From: Octopus vulgaris
Taxonomy: Eukaryota
DNA length: 64,000 nucleotides
NCBI GenBank assembly: GCA_951406725.2
Contig: OX597833.1
Location: forward strand, 38,874,001 to 38,938,000
Direction of reading: 5' to 3'
Shown: positions 23,667 through 37,432 of the stretch, one piece after another
How the letters are laid out: each line of letters opens with the position of its first letter
Numbering within the stretch: position 1 is the first letter of the stretch
Notes under the pieces: generated by a model
Seen by the model: only the letters and a program-made list of their open reading frames with translations
The model's database searches: none
Told to the model about the DNA's origin: nothing
Program-made: the position numbers and the translations under genes

Positions 23667-24350
23667 CTATATATATATACTAGCAGTATCGCCCGGCGTT
23701 GCTCGGGTTTGTAAGAGAAATAACTATATAAGCATTTTTAGAGATGTAAAGTATAATAGCCATCTCAATATGGCTAACCACAAAGGATGTGGGGGGGTTA
23801 CTGTAGCTTTTTACGTTCTGAGATTTAATAATAAATTTTTAGAGAGTTACTTCCCTTATATATGCCAAAAATGCATTAAAATGGGAAAAATTGATGGTAA
23901 ATTTTTTTTTTAAATCGTAGACTCATCGTAGACGCGCGCTAATACCCAGAAGGGCTCGATATGAATCACGACTATAAGATACCCGGTTTTGGTTAAACTG
24001 CACCGCAAAATGTGGGAGTAGTTAGGAATCTAAATCGTAGGAGACAGACAGCACACAACCTCTCTTTTATATATAAAGATATATATATTGACTGAATCAG
24101 ATAGAATTTGTTGAGGTAGATTTTATACAACCCAATGCCATCCCTTTTATCACTCCTCAACTGACAAGAGATAACAACACACACATACATTTACGTGTAT
24201 ATCAAAATGTATACGATGGGCTTCTTTCAATTTCCATCCACCAGATCCATGCACAAGGTTTTGGGAGGCCCTGGGTTATAGTAGAAGATACTTGAGGGGC
24301 CCACACAGTGGGACTGAACACAACACCATGTGGTTTGGGAAGACATCTTA
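23416..24350 (-). mobile_element. SINE family A1 interrupted by a Helitron in its central (TA)n
   Basis: 3' half at 23416-23650 and a diverged 5' half at 24213-24350. Confidence 0.65.
23680..24079 (-). mobile_element. Non-autonomous Helitron
   Basis: Minus strand: A|TCTTTATATATAAAAG...aacccgagcaacgccgggcgatactgCTAG|T, with terminal hairpin and A/T target. Confidence 0.85.
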
Positions 24351-24599
24351 TCATTGCACATCCAAGCTTATGCATATTCATTTAGTAGTAACCCTAATAC
24401 ACGCAAGTACATATTTAAACATGATTACATTGCAATTTTACTTTGTATCTTATAAATAACATACTTATTTGAAATAATTAAGTATAAGAAAGAAATTTAG
24501 AAAAAAAAAAACAAAGAACTACAGTATAGACAGGTTTTCAATAATATTTTTTAAAAGAAAATCAAATTATTCCTACACACACACACACACATATATATC

Positions 24600-24635
<36 letters not shown>

Positions 24636-25129
24636 CACATATATAGATAGATAGACACACAAACAAATATATATTTGTGTGTGCATGTGTGTGTATTTAT
24701 GTTGTTTTTCAATTCAGTTTAATTAAAAATAATTGAAAATCTTGTTAATATTCACAATTTTATAATTTTTTTTTTTTAATGATTATTTCATTTCTCTAAA
24801 CTTTCTTCATTCAGGAAATAAAAATAAAACAAAAATTTAAAAAGATAAAAAAGCCTAAATTCATTGCTTACCATTTTCATGTAAGCAGCACATACTTATA
24901 TTTACTGTGTTAGCAACATTTCCTTTTAATGCATTCAACATAATGACTGCCAACCCACTTGGTCCATCCCATCACCTCACCTAATGTTTTGACACTGCAG
25001 CATCTTGATAAATAATCAACAACATCTTAAATAGATTAATATAAGGTGGCTGTGTGGTTGGGAAGTTTGCTTCTCAAGTATGTGGTCTTGGGTTCAGTCC
25101 CACTACATGACACCACATTACATTATTAT

Positions 25130-25425
25130 GTATCTCATAGAATTGCTGACTGCCGGGGCACCACTGATGACTTTGTGACCAGATCCCTCTACCTGTCTAT
25201 CTTCTGCCTCTCACAATGCGTCTCTCATCTCTATGCTTGTCCACTCACAGATGTTGTTTACCCACCTCTTTCTCTGTCTGCCTCTGTGTCTGCTACCTTT
25301 GACTGTTCCTGAAGGATTGTTTTGGCCTTCCCTGATGAGCAGGTGACATACCCAAACCATCTGAGCTTGCGTTTCTTTACTGTGGTAAGAAGTTCCTCAT
25401 AGAACCCTACTGCCTGCCTTATTTT
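25130..25425 (-). mobile_element. RTE-clade LINE 3' fragment (a second RTE family) inserted into a family A SINE
   Basis: Minus strand translates EELLTTVKKRKLRWFGYVTCSSGKAKTILQ...RHRGRQRKRWVNNICEWT. SINE halves lie at 25045-25115 and 25428-25465. Confidence 0.75.
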
Positions 25426-25471
25426 TTGTGAGTAGTCTTGGTAGATGGAAACTGGAAGAAGCTCATCATAA

Positions 25472-25834
25472 ATCTTTTATCTTGTTTCAGTCATTTAATT
25501 GTGGCCATGCTGGGGCACCACCTTGAAGGGTTTTTTTGTTGAATGAATTGACTCCAGTACCTTTTTATTAAAGCCTGTTCTATTGATTTCTTTTACTGAA
25601 CTAAGTTACAGGGACATACACAAACCAACACCAGTTGTCAAGCAGTGGTGGGGGACAAACAGACACAAAGACATATATGATGAGCTTCTTTTAGTTTCCA
25701 TCTACCAAATCCACTCACAAGTTTTGGTTGGCCTGAGGCTACAGTAGAAAATACTTGCCCAAAGTTCCATGCCGTGAGGCTGAATCCGAAACCATGTGGT
25801 TGGCAAGCATGTTTCTTACCACATAGCCATGCCA
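25472..25834 (-). mobile_element. SINE family A1
   Basis: Reverse complement of the family consensus. Confidence 0.8.
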
Positions 25835-26258
25835 TATATATAATACACCCCCACCCCACACAGGTCTGTGTGTGTGTGTGCCCTTGTAATGGTTGTAAAT
25901 AAAAGTCATAGCCTCACACTGTTTGCTTCTCGTCTGGCTAAGGGAAAATATTCTATTGCTTGGAAACAGGAAAGATATCTGGCTGTATAAAACCTGCCTC
26001 AAGAAATTCCATCTGACTCATGCAATCTTGGTAAAATGGTTGTTAAATGATGAAGCTGATAAGAAAATAACTTTCTTTCCATAAAGAAAAAAAAAAGGCA
26101 TATTTGAAAGTAGCTTATGTTACATGAAAGTTAAAAGCCACTATTAAAATGTCCATCAGTTACTGAAATTATCAGCTCTAATGTAGCAAAACCTATGATC
26201 AAAGTCATTCTATGATGTTTCTCCACCCAAAACGGATATAATAATATTGGCCACATGG

Positions 26259-26474
26259 TTAACATTCATATTATTTTGTCAAATGTAATAATTATTCATG
26301 TTGTTTTAAATTAATCATGCATTATCTCTCAGTTTTGAGAGTTTGACGATGTGATTGTTTATTTTTAGAATGACATTATAGAGTTGGTGTGAGAGACCAG
26401 ATCTGGCCAATTTGAGCATAAAATGGGTAGAATATTTTGGCTGGATATGGCTGGTTTAAATGTTAAAGGGTCAA
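26259..26474 (-). mobile_element. piggyBac-type MITE, older copy
   Basis: Colinear with the reverse complement of 4882-5108; degenerate termini. Confidence 0.7.
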
Positions 26475-26785
26475 GTGGTTCAATTTGCAAACACTGCTTG
26501 GTATTTTGAGCAAATGTCCTTTGTCATAACTTTGAGCAGCACAAAAGCTTAGTAAGTAATATACATAAATTATGAGGCAGCCTATCAGATGGGACTTGGC
26601 AATTCAAATGGCCACACTTTTTGTTCCTGTAAATTATATTACAGGGATACACTGTATGTGGAATACTCAGCCTGCTAAATCAAAGAGCAGTTAATTCAAT
26701 TTATCAAACAATTGGAATCCATAATCAGAACTAAAAGAGATCTTAACCAATGTGTCATTTTTTTTAAGACACTAAAGGTGTGATT

Positions 26786-26972
26786 TTAACCTTTTGGCAT
26801 TCAGATTACTCTACCAAATGTAATGCTTATTTATTCACATAATTTGGAATTAAGCATAAAATATCTTGTAGCTTCAAGATTTCGATGATGTGACTTTTTT
26901 ATTTTTAAAATTACATTGTAGGGTAGATAGGTATGAGGTTGGATCTGGCCAGTTTGAATGCTAAAGGGTTAA
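26786..26972 (-). mobile_element. piggyBac-type MITE inserted into a family D repeat
   Basis: TTAA at both ends. Removing the MITE and one TTAA restores gtgattttaagggagatttgg, as seen uninterrupted at ~293-313. Confidence 0.8.
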
Positions 26973-27540
26973 GGGAGATTTGGCTGCTATTTCTAGCAGA
27001 TCAACTGACTACTTAGAAGCTCCTTCAGTGGGTGTGGGTGTGAGTATCCTTCAGTTAATTAATTATTATAGAACTTGTTGGATTTTGGATAAACCATTTT
27101 GTTGTCAACAATATTGATGTTTTGCATGTTCATTCATAGATGCAGGCATGGCTGGTCATGGGATGTATCATTTCTATGGCATCCAGCCATAGAAAATCTA
27201 CCTCATCAAATTCCATGTCATCTGCGTGAGCATGAAAAAGTCAACATTAAAACAATGATGATGATGATTCATTTTATAATTTGATTGCATCAATTTATTT
27301 TCAATGATGTATATATAAATATACAACCAATGTAGGGTGATGAATGAAAGCCAGTGTGCATATAAATAACATTCTTTTTTATTATCACTGTCACTTCACT
27401 GAACATTGGGCTTCTGGATATGACATGTTCTTGCCTAGAATGTCTGCTAATTCCTCACAAGTTATGTCTTTTAAGAACATAATGGTTTTTTTTTTTTTGT
27501 AATCCCAAAATATGTAGGAAACATGGCTGGTGGTGACTTC

Positions 27541-28694
27541 TGCAGGGTGTCCAAGTTAAATTTGGTGATTCTTTGTATCTCCTTTTTAAGAAATAGCTTA
27601 GCTTGCTGAATTTTGTCAATGGCAGTGGAGAGCATAAAGATTACAGTTGTAGTTGAGAGAAATGTAGCTGACATGGAGGACTGGAAGCCACCTAAATATT
27701 GAGAAAAAGTTACCTGTATTATGATGATTTGGGACAACTATCAAAAATACTGACATCACGACTGCTGCTCATTATATTCTATGAACACTGTAAAAGTTGC
27801 AAAATGTGACATGGATGTCACAGAAATCAGGGTCTCCTAAAATGTGATAGTTTTGGAGTGTGTCTCCAGTGAGGGTAATGCCATGCCACCACACATCATT
27901 GAACAGGGACTTAGGTACAATCCAGATGGCTATGTGAAGGTGCTGGAGACTGTGGTCAAACCCTGGCTGGAGTGAGTGGCTACTAGAACATCATATGTGT
28001 GGCAGCAGGATCTGGCTCCTTGCCATACCTCTGGAAAGAGTCAGAAGAAATTAGGAGGCTAGACATTAGGATTTCACCAGCTCCAATGTCTAGCCTCCTA
28101 ATTCCTTGAGATTGCAATCTCATGGATTACTACACACAGGGAGTGGTTGAAAAAAAAACACCAACTGCTCTGCCTGCAACATCCAGGCTGAACTGGTGTT
28201 CAGGATGAAGGAGATGTTTGAAGATCTCTACAGGAACATAATGAGGAATACATGTGCTAGGTCTTGGAGCCAGCTTGAAGCTGTGTTGGAAGCTGAGGGC
28301 AGCTACTTTGAGTAACCTGTTATCTCCCAACTATAATCTAATTCAGTGGTACCCAAAGTGGGCGGTGAGAGGGGGGCATTGAAAAATGGTGGGACAATAA
28401 TGGGGTAGCTAAAAGGGGGAAATAGATGTAAAAAAAAAAAAACAAAATAGTGGATTAATTCGGTTAAGTTTTACCTATGAAATACAGTTGTTTTGAATTT
28501 GCTGCAGAAAGTGGTCTATGTTTGTAATGGTGAGTGATGGGGTGGCGCTAGGAATATGGCCTGGGTGCCAAGGAGGTGGTAGCCTGATCTAGTTGATCTT
28601 TTTTGATTTAACAAAATACTTTTATTTTTTTATGGGATATTGTGCTTTCTTTTCAATTTCTGCAAGCTGGCAAATTTGTTCTGAACACTCTGTA
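27541..28694 (+). mobile_element. Tc1/mariner-superfamily relic, DD37D (maT)-like, internally deleted
   Basis: Imperfect TIRs cagggtgtccaagttaaatttg / caaatttgttctgaacactctg|ta. Transposase remnant VKPWLE*V...YVWQQDLAPCHTS...V*PPNS...MDYY...LEAVLEAEGSYFE*. Confidence 0.85.
28344..28586. mobile_element. hAT (Charlie-like) MITE nested in the maT relic
   Basis: Starts cagtggtacccaaagtggg and ends ctg; 8-bp TSD atctaatt / atctagtt. Confidence 0.65.
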
Positions 28695-29964
28695 CATATC
28701 ATGAAGAATAAGGTGTCAACTGCCTAATACACATTAATATAACAACAATTACATATGCAATTACATAAATTGGAAACAGCATTAAAACTATATTTGTATG
28801 CCTACTTAAGTTTATTATGTAATAATAATAATAATTACTGCAATGGTGATAATGATATGATGATTATGAGGTGAGAAAGTCAGAACTGTCAGTAATCAGG
28901 TTGGTCAGTATCTAGGCCAGTTGAGTTGAAAAATGTAGATGCTACGCTTAATTGCACAGGTAATAGCTCAGCTGTCGACACATATCTTGTGTGTGTGTGT
29001 GTGTGTGAGAAGATATGTACAGCTAAAGAAGAACATTGCACATCATTGAAGGAAGCAACAGATATTATGAGTCAACAAGGGAGCTTCTATATTATCACTT
29101 GCCCTGACAGAAGTAACAGTCACATTGCCTTCAAATCCTTCTTCAGAGAAAACAGGGATGGTCAATTTGGACAGAAATATGCACAAGTGGATAGAGAGAA
29201 AGGAAGACATTACACATACAAAACAAACATACCTACATGTTCACACATATCAAAAAGAGAGCGAGAGGGGGGAAGGAAGGGAAAGAATGAAAGAAACATT
29301 AAAATGCCTGATGGCAAATACATTTGCATTGAATCAGCGACACCAAATAGGCAGCGCTAAAATAGCTGTTCTAAAAGCATCTCATACCTACATTGGTATA
29401 TACTGACAAGAAATATGGGGATGGTTGAAATGTCTTTGATCACATGTCAACTGTCCACTGGATAAGAATTAATCTGAAGCTAAACAAAATAACAGACATC
29501 ATCACCAGCTGTTGTTAGAGTCTTGGTTCTGCAAGAGTAGACTAGTGGAATAAATATCTAAAACAAAAATTTTAAATTGGTCATTGAGCCCCTATTTGGA
29601 AATGCTGAAGGGAGTAGAACAATTCTGCTTGATCCTGATCCAGCAGGACAATCCAGCAGTGACAGTCCTTTTTTGTTTCTGGACATAGTGCATCTAAGAC
29701 TATATTATTCAAATTATTCATGTGTATGTTTTTTAAAGACAATACAGTATGATTTGAAGGGGATTTGGTTGCTATTTCTAGCTGGTCAAGGGACCCAATG
29801 CAAGTGATAGTATATTTAATGCAGTTTTGGGTTTATTGTCACGCTTTTAAAATTTCCATTGCTACAATGGAGTAATCTAGACCCAGGTCAGTCTTGATCG
29901 AGCAGACCTATAACCAAAAATTTCTAACCATGACCACCCATCTTCATTTCAAATAGAATATTTA

Positions 29965-30185
29965 CAGGCACAGGCAAGGCTGTACAGTTAAGAAGCTCAT
30001 TATACAACCACGTGTTTTTAGGTTCAGTCTTACTGCACAGCACCTTGGGCAAGTGTCTTCTACTATAACTGACCAATGCCTTATGAGCAGATTTAGTAGA
30101 TCGAAACAGTGTAGAAGCCTGCCATGTGTGTATAAATGTATATGTACACATGTCTGCATCTGTGTTTGTTCCTCTCCACTGATCA
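29965..30185 (+). mobile_element. SINE family A, diverged and truncated
   Basis: ggttcagtc...caccttgggcaagtgtcttctactata. Confidence 0.7.
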
Positions 30186-30189
30186 CTGG

Positions 30190-30580
30190 TTTTTGAACTC
30201 CTTTGGATCAGAAAAGAGATGTGACATCATTCCATGGACAGAGCATTTGTTGATATATCAATAAAAGATATGCCCATGTTTTGTACCCTATCACCAGATT
30301 GCAAAAAAAAAAAGTGTGTCTTTGTTGGCTTCAAACACTTCCAGCAAACTAGAGAGGACCACGCTTCTCTCTTCCAAATTGGGTGTCAACTGCTGAGATA
30401 CCCACTTTGAAACACTTTCAGATGCCCAAAGTCTTCCACCATTTTTGGTAATGCATTGTGACCACAGTCCAATTGTGCCATGGGCTCATGGATTGTGATT
30501 CATCTGCTTACGTGAATCAAAGCATTCACCTGCTGTTGATTTGAACCAGTGGCTGATTGTTTCTCAATGACTGGTTCCCT
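30190..30580 (-). pseudogene. mariner transposase fragment
   Basis: Minus strand reads KWVSQQLTPNLEERSV...EVFEAN...LVIGYKTW, corresponding to the WVPxxL and IVTGDETW motifs; frameshifted. Confidence 0.6.
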
Positions 30581-30586
30581 CTCCTT

Positions 30587-30877
30587 TTAACCTTTTAGCA
30601 TTTAGACTGGCTATATCTGGCCAAAATATTCTACATGTTTTATGCTCAAAGTAGCCAGATCCAGTCTGTCACATCTTTTTTTTTTCCTTTTACTTGTTTC
30701 AGTCATTTGACTGTGGCCATGCTGGAGCACTGCCTGTAGTCAAGCAAATTGACCCCAGGACTTATCCGTTTTAAGCCTAGTACTTATTCTATCAGTCTCT
30801 TTTGCTGAATGGCTAAGTTACGGGGACGTAAACACACCACCATTGGTTGTCAAGTGACGTTGGGGGGACAAATTCAG

Positions 30878-30926
<49 letters not shown>

Positions 30927-31226
30927 CATACATACGACACGCTTCTTTCAGTTTCTGCCTACCAAATCCACTCCCAAGGCTTTGGTTGGCCCGAGTCTAT
31001 AGTAGAAGACACTTGCCCAAGGTGCCATACTGAGGGAATGAACCCGGAAATATATGGTTGGCAAGCAAGCTACTTACCACACAGCCACTCCTGTGCCTGT
31101 AATTCTAAAAATAAACAATCACATCATTGAAATCTCAAAGCTATAAGATAATACATGATTAATTCAAAGCAATATGAATAAACAAAGATTACATTTGACA
31201 GAGTAATCTGAATGTTAAAGGGTCAA
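30587..31226 (+). mobile_element. piggyBac-type MITE split by a SINE
   Basis: The left part 30587-30675 and right part 31099-31226 join colinearly with 4882-5108. Confidence 0.8.
30686..31097 (-). mobile_element. SINE family A1, full length
   Basis: Reverse complement of 42074-42484. Confidence 0.9.
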
Positions 31227-33603
31227 ACTTTATCCATCAGTGTATATTGCTCTTGTCAACCATTAGCATACTGAAGGCAAATCATGTCACTGTACGAGTT
31301 TTCACCCCTGTAGCTGCAGGTACATTGCATTGCATTGGGAGGGAAGAAAACTAGTATGGCAACATAATTTGACTTCAGCATGCTAAAGGTTAATGATGTT
31401 ATCTTTGGTGAAAGCTTTCTGTGGTTGCCAGACTGCCTACACCCATTCTACATCAAAAACTCAATGACAATGCATTGCTTTGGTTTGGAATCTATTAGAT
31501 GCTTGCAATGATGAAGAACAGGAAGAAGAGCTGGTTTAGAAGAAAAGTTATTCTCTGAACATGTACAGTTTGACAATATCCGCTACTTTTGCATTACTTT
31601 GAGTACAACTCCCACATTTTAATGATTTCATATGATTCTCAGCTTATTGTATATCATCAATGAGTCTCTGCTGAGTTGTGTCACCTTCTGTACACCATCC
31701 TCTAGTTCCAGTTTCATCAAATTTGCGAAAATAAGCAGACTCGTGTAATCTTTGAGAATAACTATGAATTGATCCAGTTGGATTTTGATGTGATAAAAAT
31801 CTAACCTTTTCAGCAATTATCAATTTCCTCTGCGAACAAATTGATAACATTATTGCAGAACTTACACTTCTAAAATTCATTGTGGCTACATAGCTTTCTT
31901 CATAGCTTCAGAGTAAGGTAGGATAGAAAAAGATGATATTTCTGGGACAAAATCTAAGTGTTTGCTGATATCAATAAATCAGGTTGCCCTGAGGAATAAA
32001 AAAGATTCTTCTGATATTTTAGAATACAGGCCCACTGACAGAGAAACCAAGTAATGACCAGCAAAAGTGAAAAGGTAAAAAATAGTTAAGAAGTGAAAAA
32101 GAAGGTGATCACGGTAAATAAGAAATATAGGCTGGAAGTGGTGATTGATGTGAGAGGTTGACAGGAGGCAAAGAATAAAAGAGAAAACAGTGATTGAAAT
32201 GATGATCTTCATGATGTAATATCTATTATTCACATCATACATCATCAATATCCCCATAATAATATACTCAACATGCATCCTTATCATATTTGTTAACAAT
32301 ATCCAGCATCATCATCAGCAGCATGATTCTATTTACATTGTTCGTCATTATCATCATATGATATCTATTGACAACATACAAAGTAGATAACAGAATTTGC
32401 AAATTGATAATGTAGCAGGGGTTAGATAATGATACACGATGATGATGATGATATGGAATACAGGTGATTACAACAGATAATGATTGAGATAGAAAAATTC
32501 CAATCAAGGCTATTAGCTAAAAAGAAAATCATATAATATATATGTGCATGTGTGGGTTTATGTATATACATATACAATATAAATGAAGATATAAATATGA
32601 TTATATATTGACATATGTATGAGTGAACACACACACACATATATATATATATTTATATATATTACATCTATAAAGGAGGTGTGTGTAAAATATACTTTAA
32701 TGCAAGTAACAGCTAAAAAGTGAGGGATGAATTAATACTTTTCAAGGATCTCCTCAGTTGCATGTCAAGAACGGATTGGTTGAGCAAACAAAAACCGCTC
32801 TGTGAATTTGTATAAAGTGCCATGTGCACGTCATAATGGATTGTTGCCAACAATGATATTTATTCCAGAACCAACCAATTTAATCTCAATATGAGTAGAA
32901 GTGAGAGGAGGAGGAGGAGGAGGGTAAAAAAAAAGAAAAAAAGAGAAGTGTAAAAAAGAGAGGAGGAGGAGGAGTATAAGAAAAAAAATCGGAAAAGAAA
33001 AATAAAAGACAAAAAAAAAATGCTGATAAACAAAAAAAAAAACCCCTAAAAAGCAGGTGGAAGCTGTTTGCATGCACAGCTCAATCTTTGAATATACCAA
33101 GTAATTAAACAAAAGAGATATAAACAAATAAATGTCATTGTTATTTTCAATTCAATAAAAGCACATAAATAAATGAATGAAATAAAGAAATGAAGCAAGT
33201 GAGGAAAGAAAAGAAGGAAGCAGGCCAACAAACACAATACATTCAATGTTCAAGAGGCTATATTTAAAAAAAAAAAAAGCACATATAAAAGCCGGGGGGG
33301 GGGGGGGTTATGGACCATATCCATGAGGCTTGCTTGAACTACTGTTGCCTCCTGGCAGTGATCAATAGTGAGTTACAAATGAAATTATATAATATTAGAA
33401 AAACATTTGTGTTTGACAGTGGTAGGGAGAGGAAAGATACAAAAGCATGATGCTGAATGGTAGTTTAACCTGAACAGATCAAAATACAACGGGCGATGTA
33501 GTTTACATACAAGTCTACCTTGATCCAACAGAACCAGGATCAAAGGCATGCCAGCCATGACCATCCTGTCTTAAAGGAATATCTTTACACTATATTGTCA
33601 TTA

Positions 33604-33812
33604 CTCTTACTCTTTTTACTCTTTTACTTGTTTCAGTCATTTGACTGCGGCCATGCTGGAGCACCGCCTTTAGTCGAGCAAATTGACCCCGAGACTTATT
33701 CTTTGTAAGCCCAGTACTTATTTTATCGGTCTCTTTTTGCCGAACCGCTAAGTGACGGGGACGTAAACACACCAGCATCGGTTGTCAAGCAATGTTAGGG
33801 GGACAAACACAG

Positions 33813-33843
<31 letters not shown>

Positions 33844-34020
33844 CATACATATATATACGACAGGCTTCTTTCAGTTTCCGTCTACCAAATCCACTCACAA
33901 GGCATTGGTCGGCCCGAGGCTATAGCAGAAGACACTTGCCCAAGATGCCACGCAGTAGGACTGAACCCGAAACCATGTGGTTGGTTAGCAAGTTACTTAC
34001 CACACAGCCACTCCTGCGCC
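33604..34020 (-). mobile_element. SINE family A1, full length, young
   Basis: CpG-rich copy ending ccactcctgcgcc; (ctctttta)n tail. Confidence 0.9.
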
Positions 34021-34120
34021 TATTAGTATATATATTTTTATTTTCAAGATATCAAATGTGAATTGAGAGAAATTTTGTTGCAATTTCCAACACATAAAGG
34101 CTCCTTTGGCAGCATAAGTA

Positions 34121-34330
34121 CTCTTTACTCTTTTACTTGTTTCAGTCATTTGACTGTGGCCATGCTGGAGCACCGTCTTTAGTTGATCAAATTGACCCCA
34201 GGACTTATTCTTTGTAAGCCTAGTACTTATTCTATCAGTCACTTTTGCCGAACTGCTAAGTTACGAGGACGTAAACACACCAACATCGGTTGTCAAGCAA
34301 TGTTGGTGGGGGGGAAACACAGACACACAA

Positions 34331-34388
<58 letters not shown>

Positions 34389-34543
34389 CGGGCTTCTTTC
34401 AGTTTCTGTCTACCAAATCCACACACAAGGCTTTGGTTGGCCCGAGGCTATAGTAGAAGACACTAGCCCAAGGTGCCACACAGTGGGAATGAACCTGGAA
34501 CCATGTGGTTAGTAAGCAAGCTACTTACCACACAGCCACTCCT
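34121..34543 (-). mobile_element. SINE family A1
   Basis: Same structure as 33604-34020. Confidence 0.9.
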
Positions 34544-35389
34544 GTAGTGGAAAGTTTGAAGAGGAAATACAGGCTATGGGCTGGGCTTAATCAGGAACAG
34601 GGGGTTAAATATAGCAGCATAAAGACGAAAATGTAATGCTGTGAATCATCATCACTGTCATTGTAACATCCACTTTACCATGCTTGCATGGGTTGGATGG
34701 AGTTTGTAATTGAAGGAGAGTTCTTTTTATGGTCTGATGCCCTTCCTGTCAACATCTTTCTCTTGTTTCAAAGTAAAGCAATACATCCTCATGGCCAGAC
34801 ATGTTTTCAGGGCATACTGGAAATGAATAGTGTTTATTTACAACAATCATGCGATATCAAGACAATGAGACACAAACATACACTCATTTACACACACACA
34901 TAATTTATCTTGATTTGTTTGTCAGACTGCAGCCATGCTGGGGTACCACCTTCATAAATGAATTGATCCCTGCACTTCTTTCTTTTTTTTTTTTATAAGC
35001 TTGGTACTTATTCTATTGATTTCTTTTACCAAACCATTAAGTTATATGAGCACAAACACACCAACATTGGTTGTCAAGTGGTGGTGGGGGTCAAACACAG
35101 ACACAAAGACATGCACACACATACACACATATATCAATATATATATTGATATACTACTTCGAACCCACAAGAGTAAACAAGGGAGACAGAGACAGGCAGA
35201 AACAAGGAAAATGCCACTTATATCTGAACACTACAAATATTCTTTTAAAAAAACTTTTCTTTTAATTTTTCTAAATTTAATTATTTAATTGTTACAGTTG
35301 AAAAAGTCTCAAAGTACTGAAATGTTCTTTATAAAATTATTTTAGCATTTTCTATCTTGACTTGTTTTTCCATATATATATATATATAT

Positions 35390-35529
35390 ATATTGTTATA
35401 TTTCGGAATGGTCATTTTGCCAGTTTAGCCAATATATATAGTATTTATTTTTTACATTAATCTTAATCTTATTTCGCCAGAGTTCTTTTGTCATCCTGGC
35501 AAAATGACCATTCCGAAATATAACAATAT
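35390..35529. repeat. Perfect 34-bp inverted repeat within a (TA)n-flanked insert
   Basis: atattgttatatttcggaatggtcattttgccag (35390-35423) and its exact reverse complement (35496-35529). Confidence 0.9.
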
Positions 35530-36569
35530 CTGTTTCAACACACGACTTCACATAAAAATCTTGCACAACAAATATTTAAACGTATATATATATATCAGAT
35601 GGGCTTTTTCAGTCTCTGTCTACCAAATCCACTTACAAGGCTTTGGTCAACCTAAGGTTACAGTAAAAGACATTTGCCCAAGGTGCCATGCAATGGGACT
35701 GAACCCAGAATCATGAGCTTGGGAAGTAAATTTCCTAACCACACAGTCATACCCCTGTGAATGCTTGACTTTTGGTTATTGTAATCTGTTTGACAATTCT
35801 TAGAGAAGATGGTACCCTCCACTCATATTGTCCTTTTACTGTTTCCAGTCATTAAGTGTGGTGATGCTAGGACACCCCAGTTTTAGTCGACCTACTCATC
35901 TTGATCTAGCTTCTTAATTTATTGATCTAACTGTTATTTTGATATAAAGGTACTGGCAATCACATGTTAGGCTAAGTGATTGCTTGTGCCATGGGACATA
36001 AAAGGCACCAGTGCTGGCAACATGTAAAAAACAACCAGTACACTCTGTAAAGTGGTTGGTGCTAGGAAGGGCATCCAACCACAGAAACCAAGCTAAAACA
36101 GACAACTGCAGTTCTCTGGCTTACTGGTCCAATCAAACCATCTAACCCATGCCAGCATGGAAAACAGACATACGATGAGGAGGAGGAGTAGGGACACAAT
36201 TTGATACACAGATGTACATTACAAAACATACACCTAGCTCAAATGCTCTTAGCTGGTAGTTCAAGGGGATAGCTATTGACCTACACAGATCCAAAAGACA
36301 GCTTGCATGAGGTGAGTACTGCTAGTGGCAATGACATCAATCTTACTATATGCTCCATCACTCACTACAAATTCAAGCAGACAATCCAATGAAAAGGCCT
36401 CTCTCTATGTGGTTGTCAAACATGCTAGAAATACCCAAATGTCCTTCAGATCTCACCCATCTTAGAAAATGACACTTTAAGATACTATGCATAGAAAAAT
36501 GAGGGGATACCTATGACTGGAACACTTTTAATTATAGATCTGCTCAATACTAACCTGAAGTTAAACAAT

Positions 36570-36978
36570 CCTTTCTACTATAGGCACAAGGCCTGAAATT
36601 TTGGGGGAAGGGGGATAGTCAATTACATCGACCTCAGTACTTAACTGGTATTTTTATTTCATCGACCCCAAAAGGATGAACAGTAAAGTTGAGTTCGGCA
36701 GAATTTGAACTCAGAATGTGAAGATAGATGAAATACTACTGGCGTGCTAATGATTCTTATTTCTTTATTGCTCACAAGGGTCTAAACATAGAGGGGACAA
36801 ACAAGGACATTAAGTCGATAATATCGACCCCAGTACGTAACTGGTACTTATTTAATCGACCCCGAAAGGATGAAAGGCAAAGTCGACCTCGGCGGAATTT
36901 GAACTCAGAACGTAGCGGCAGACGAAATACTGCTGGGTATTTCGCCCGGTGTGCTAACGTTTCTGCCAGCTCGCTGCT
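36570..36978 (-). mobile_element. SINE family B head-to-tail pair
   Basis: Full copy 36753-36978 plus a truncated variant 36570-36752; core gtcgacctcggcggaatttgaactcagaa. Confidence 0.85.
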
Positions 36979-37399
36979 TTCCTGAAGTTAAACAATAACA
37001 GCAGACTGGTGTAGAAGTTAAAAACTGTTCAGTTATTTACTAAACATATATGGACATATTTCTAGCTATCACAGCAATTCATTTAAAACTTTCCTTATAA
37101 CATACAAACTTCAATAAATTATTGATAATATGTGTATGACACTGGAGAACATCAATGAAACTGGAGTATTTTGGGGCTTTTTTTTTTTATCTAGCGCCAA
37201 GTAGCCTTATGAACAACCAAGGGCACACAAGATATTTACGTTGACAGATGTCACATTTTGGAAGAGGAATGTATTTGATATAATCAACCATAGTACCACT
37301 CTGGAGGAAAAGCAAATTTAAACTCAGAAGAACACAAAGGAACATAACAAAAAAATTATGAGGCATTTTCTTCAGAGATCTACAGATTCTTCCATTTAC

Positions 37400-37432
<33 letters not shown>

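Noticed and set aside
25326-25360. cctgatgag as a hammerhead core
   Set aside because: No stem II/GAAA follows; it is the antisense of RTE coding sequence.
28926-29360. 144-aa ORF as a host exon
   Set aside because: It includes (TG)n and GA-rich low-complexity sequence, with no recognisable domain or splice support.
31806-31829. 24-nt microexon candidate on the minus strand (cag|...AAG|gttaga), within the 78-aa ORF 31644-31880
   Set aside because: Weak polypyrimidine tract and donor, no recognisable protein similarity, and no other exons; needs RNA-seq.
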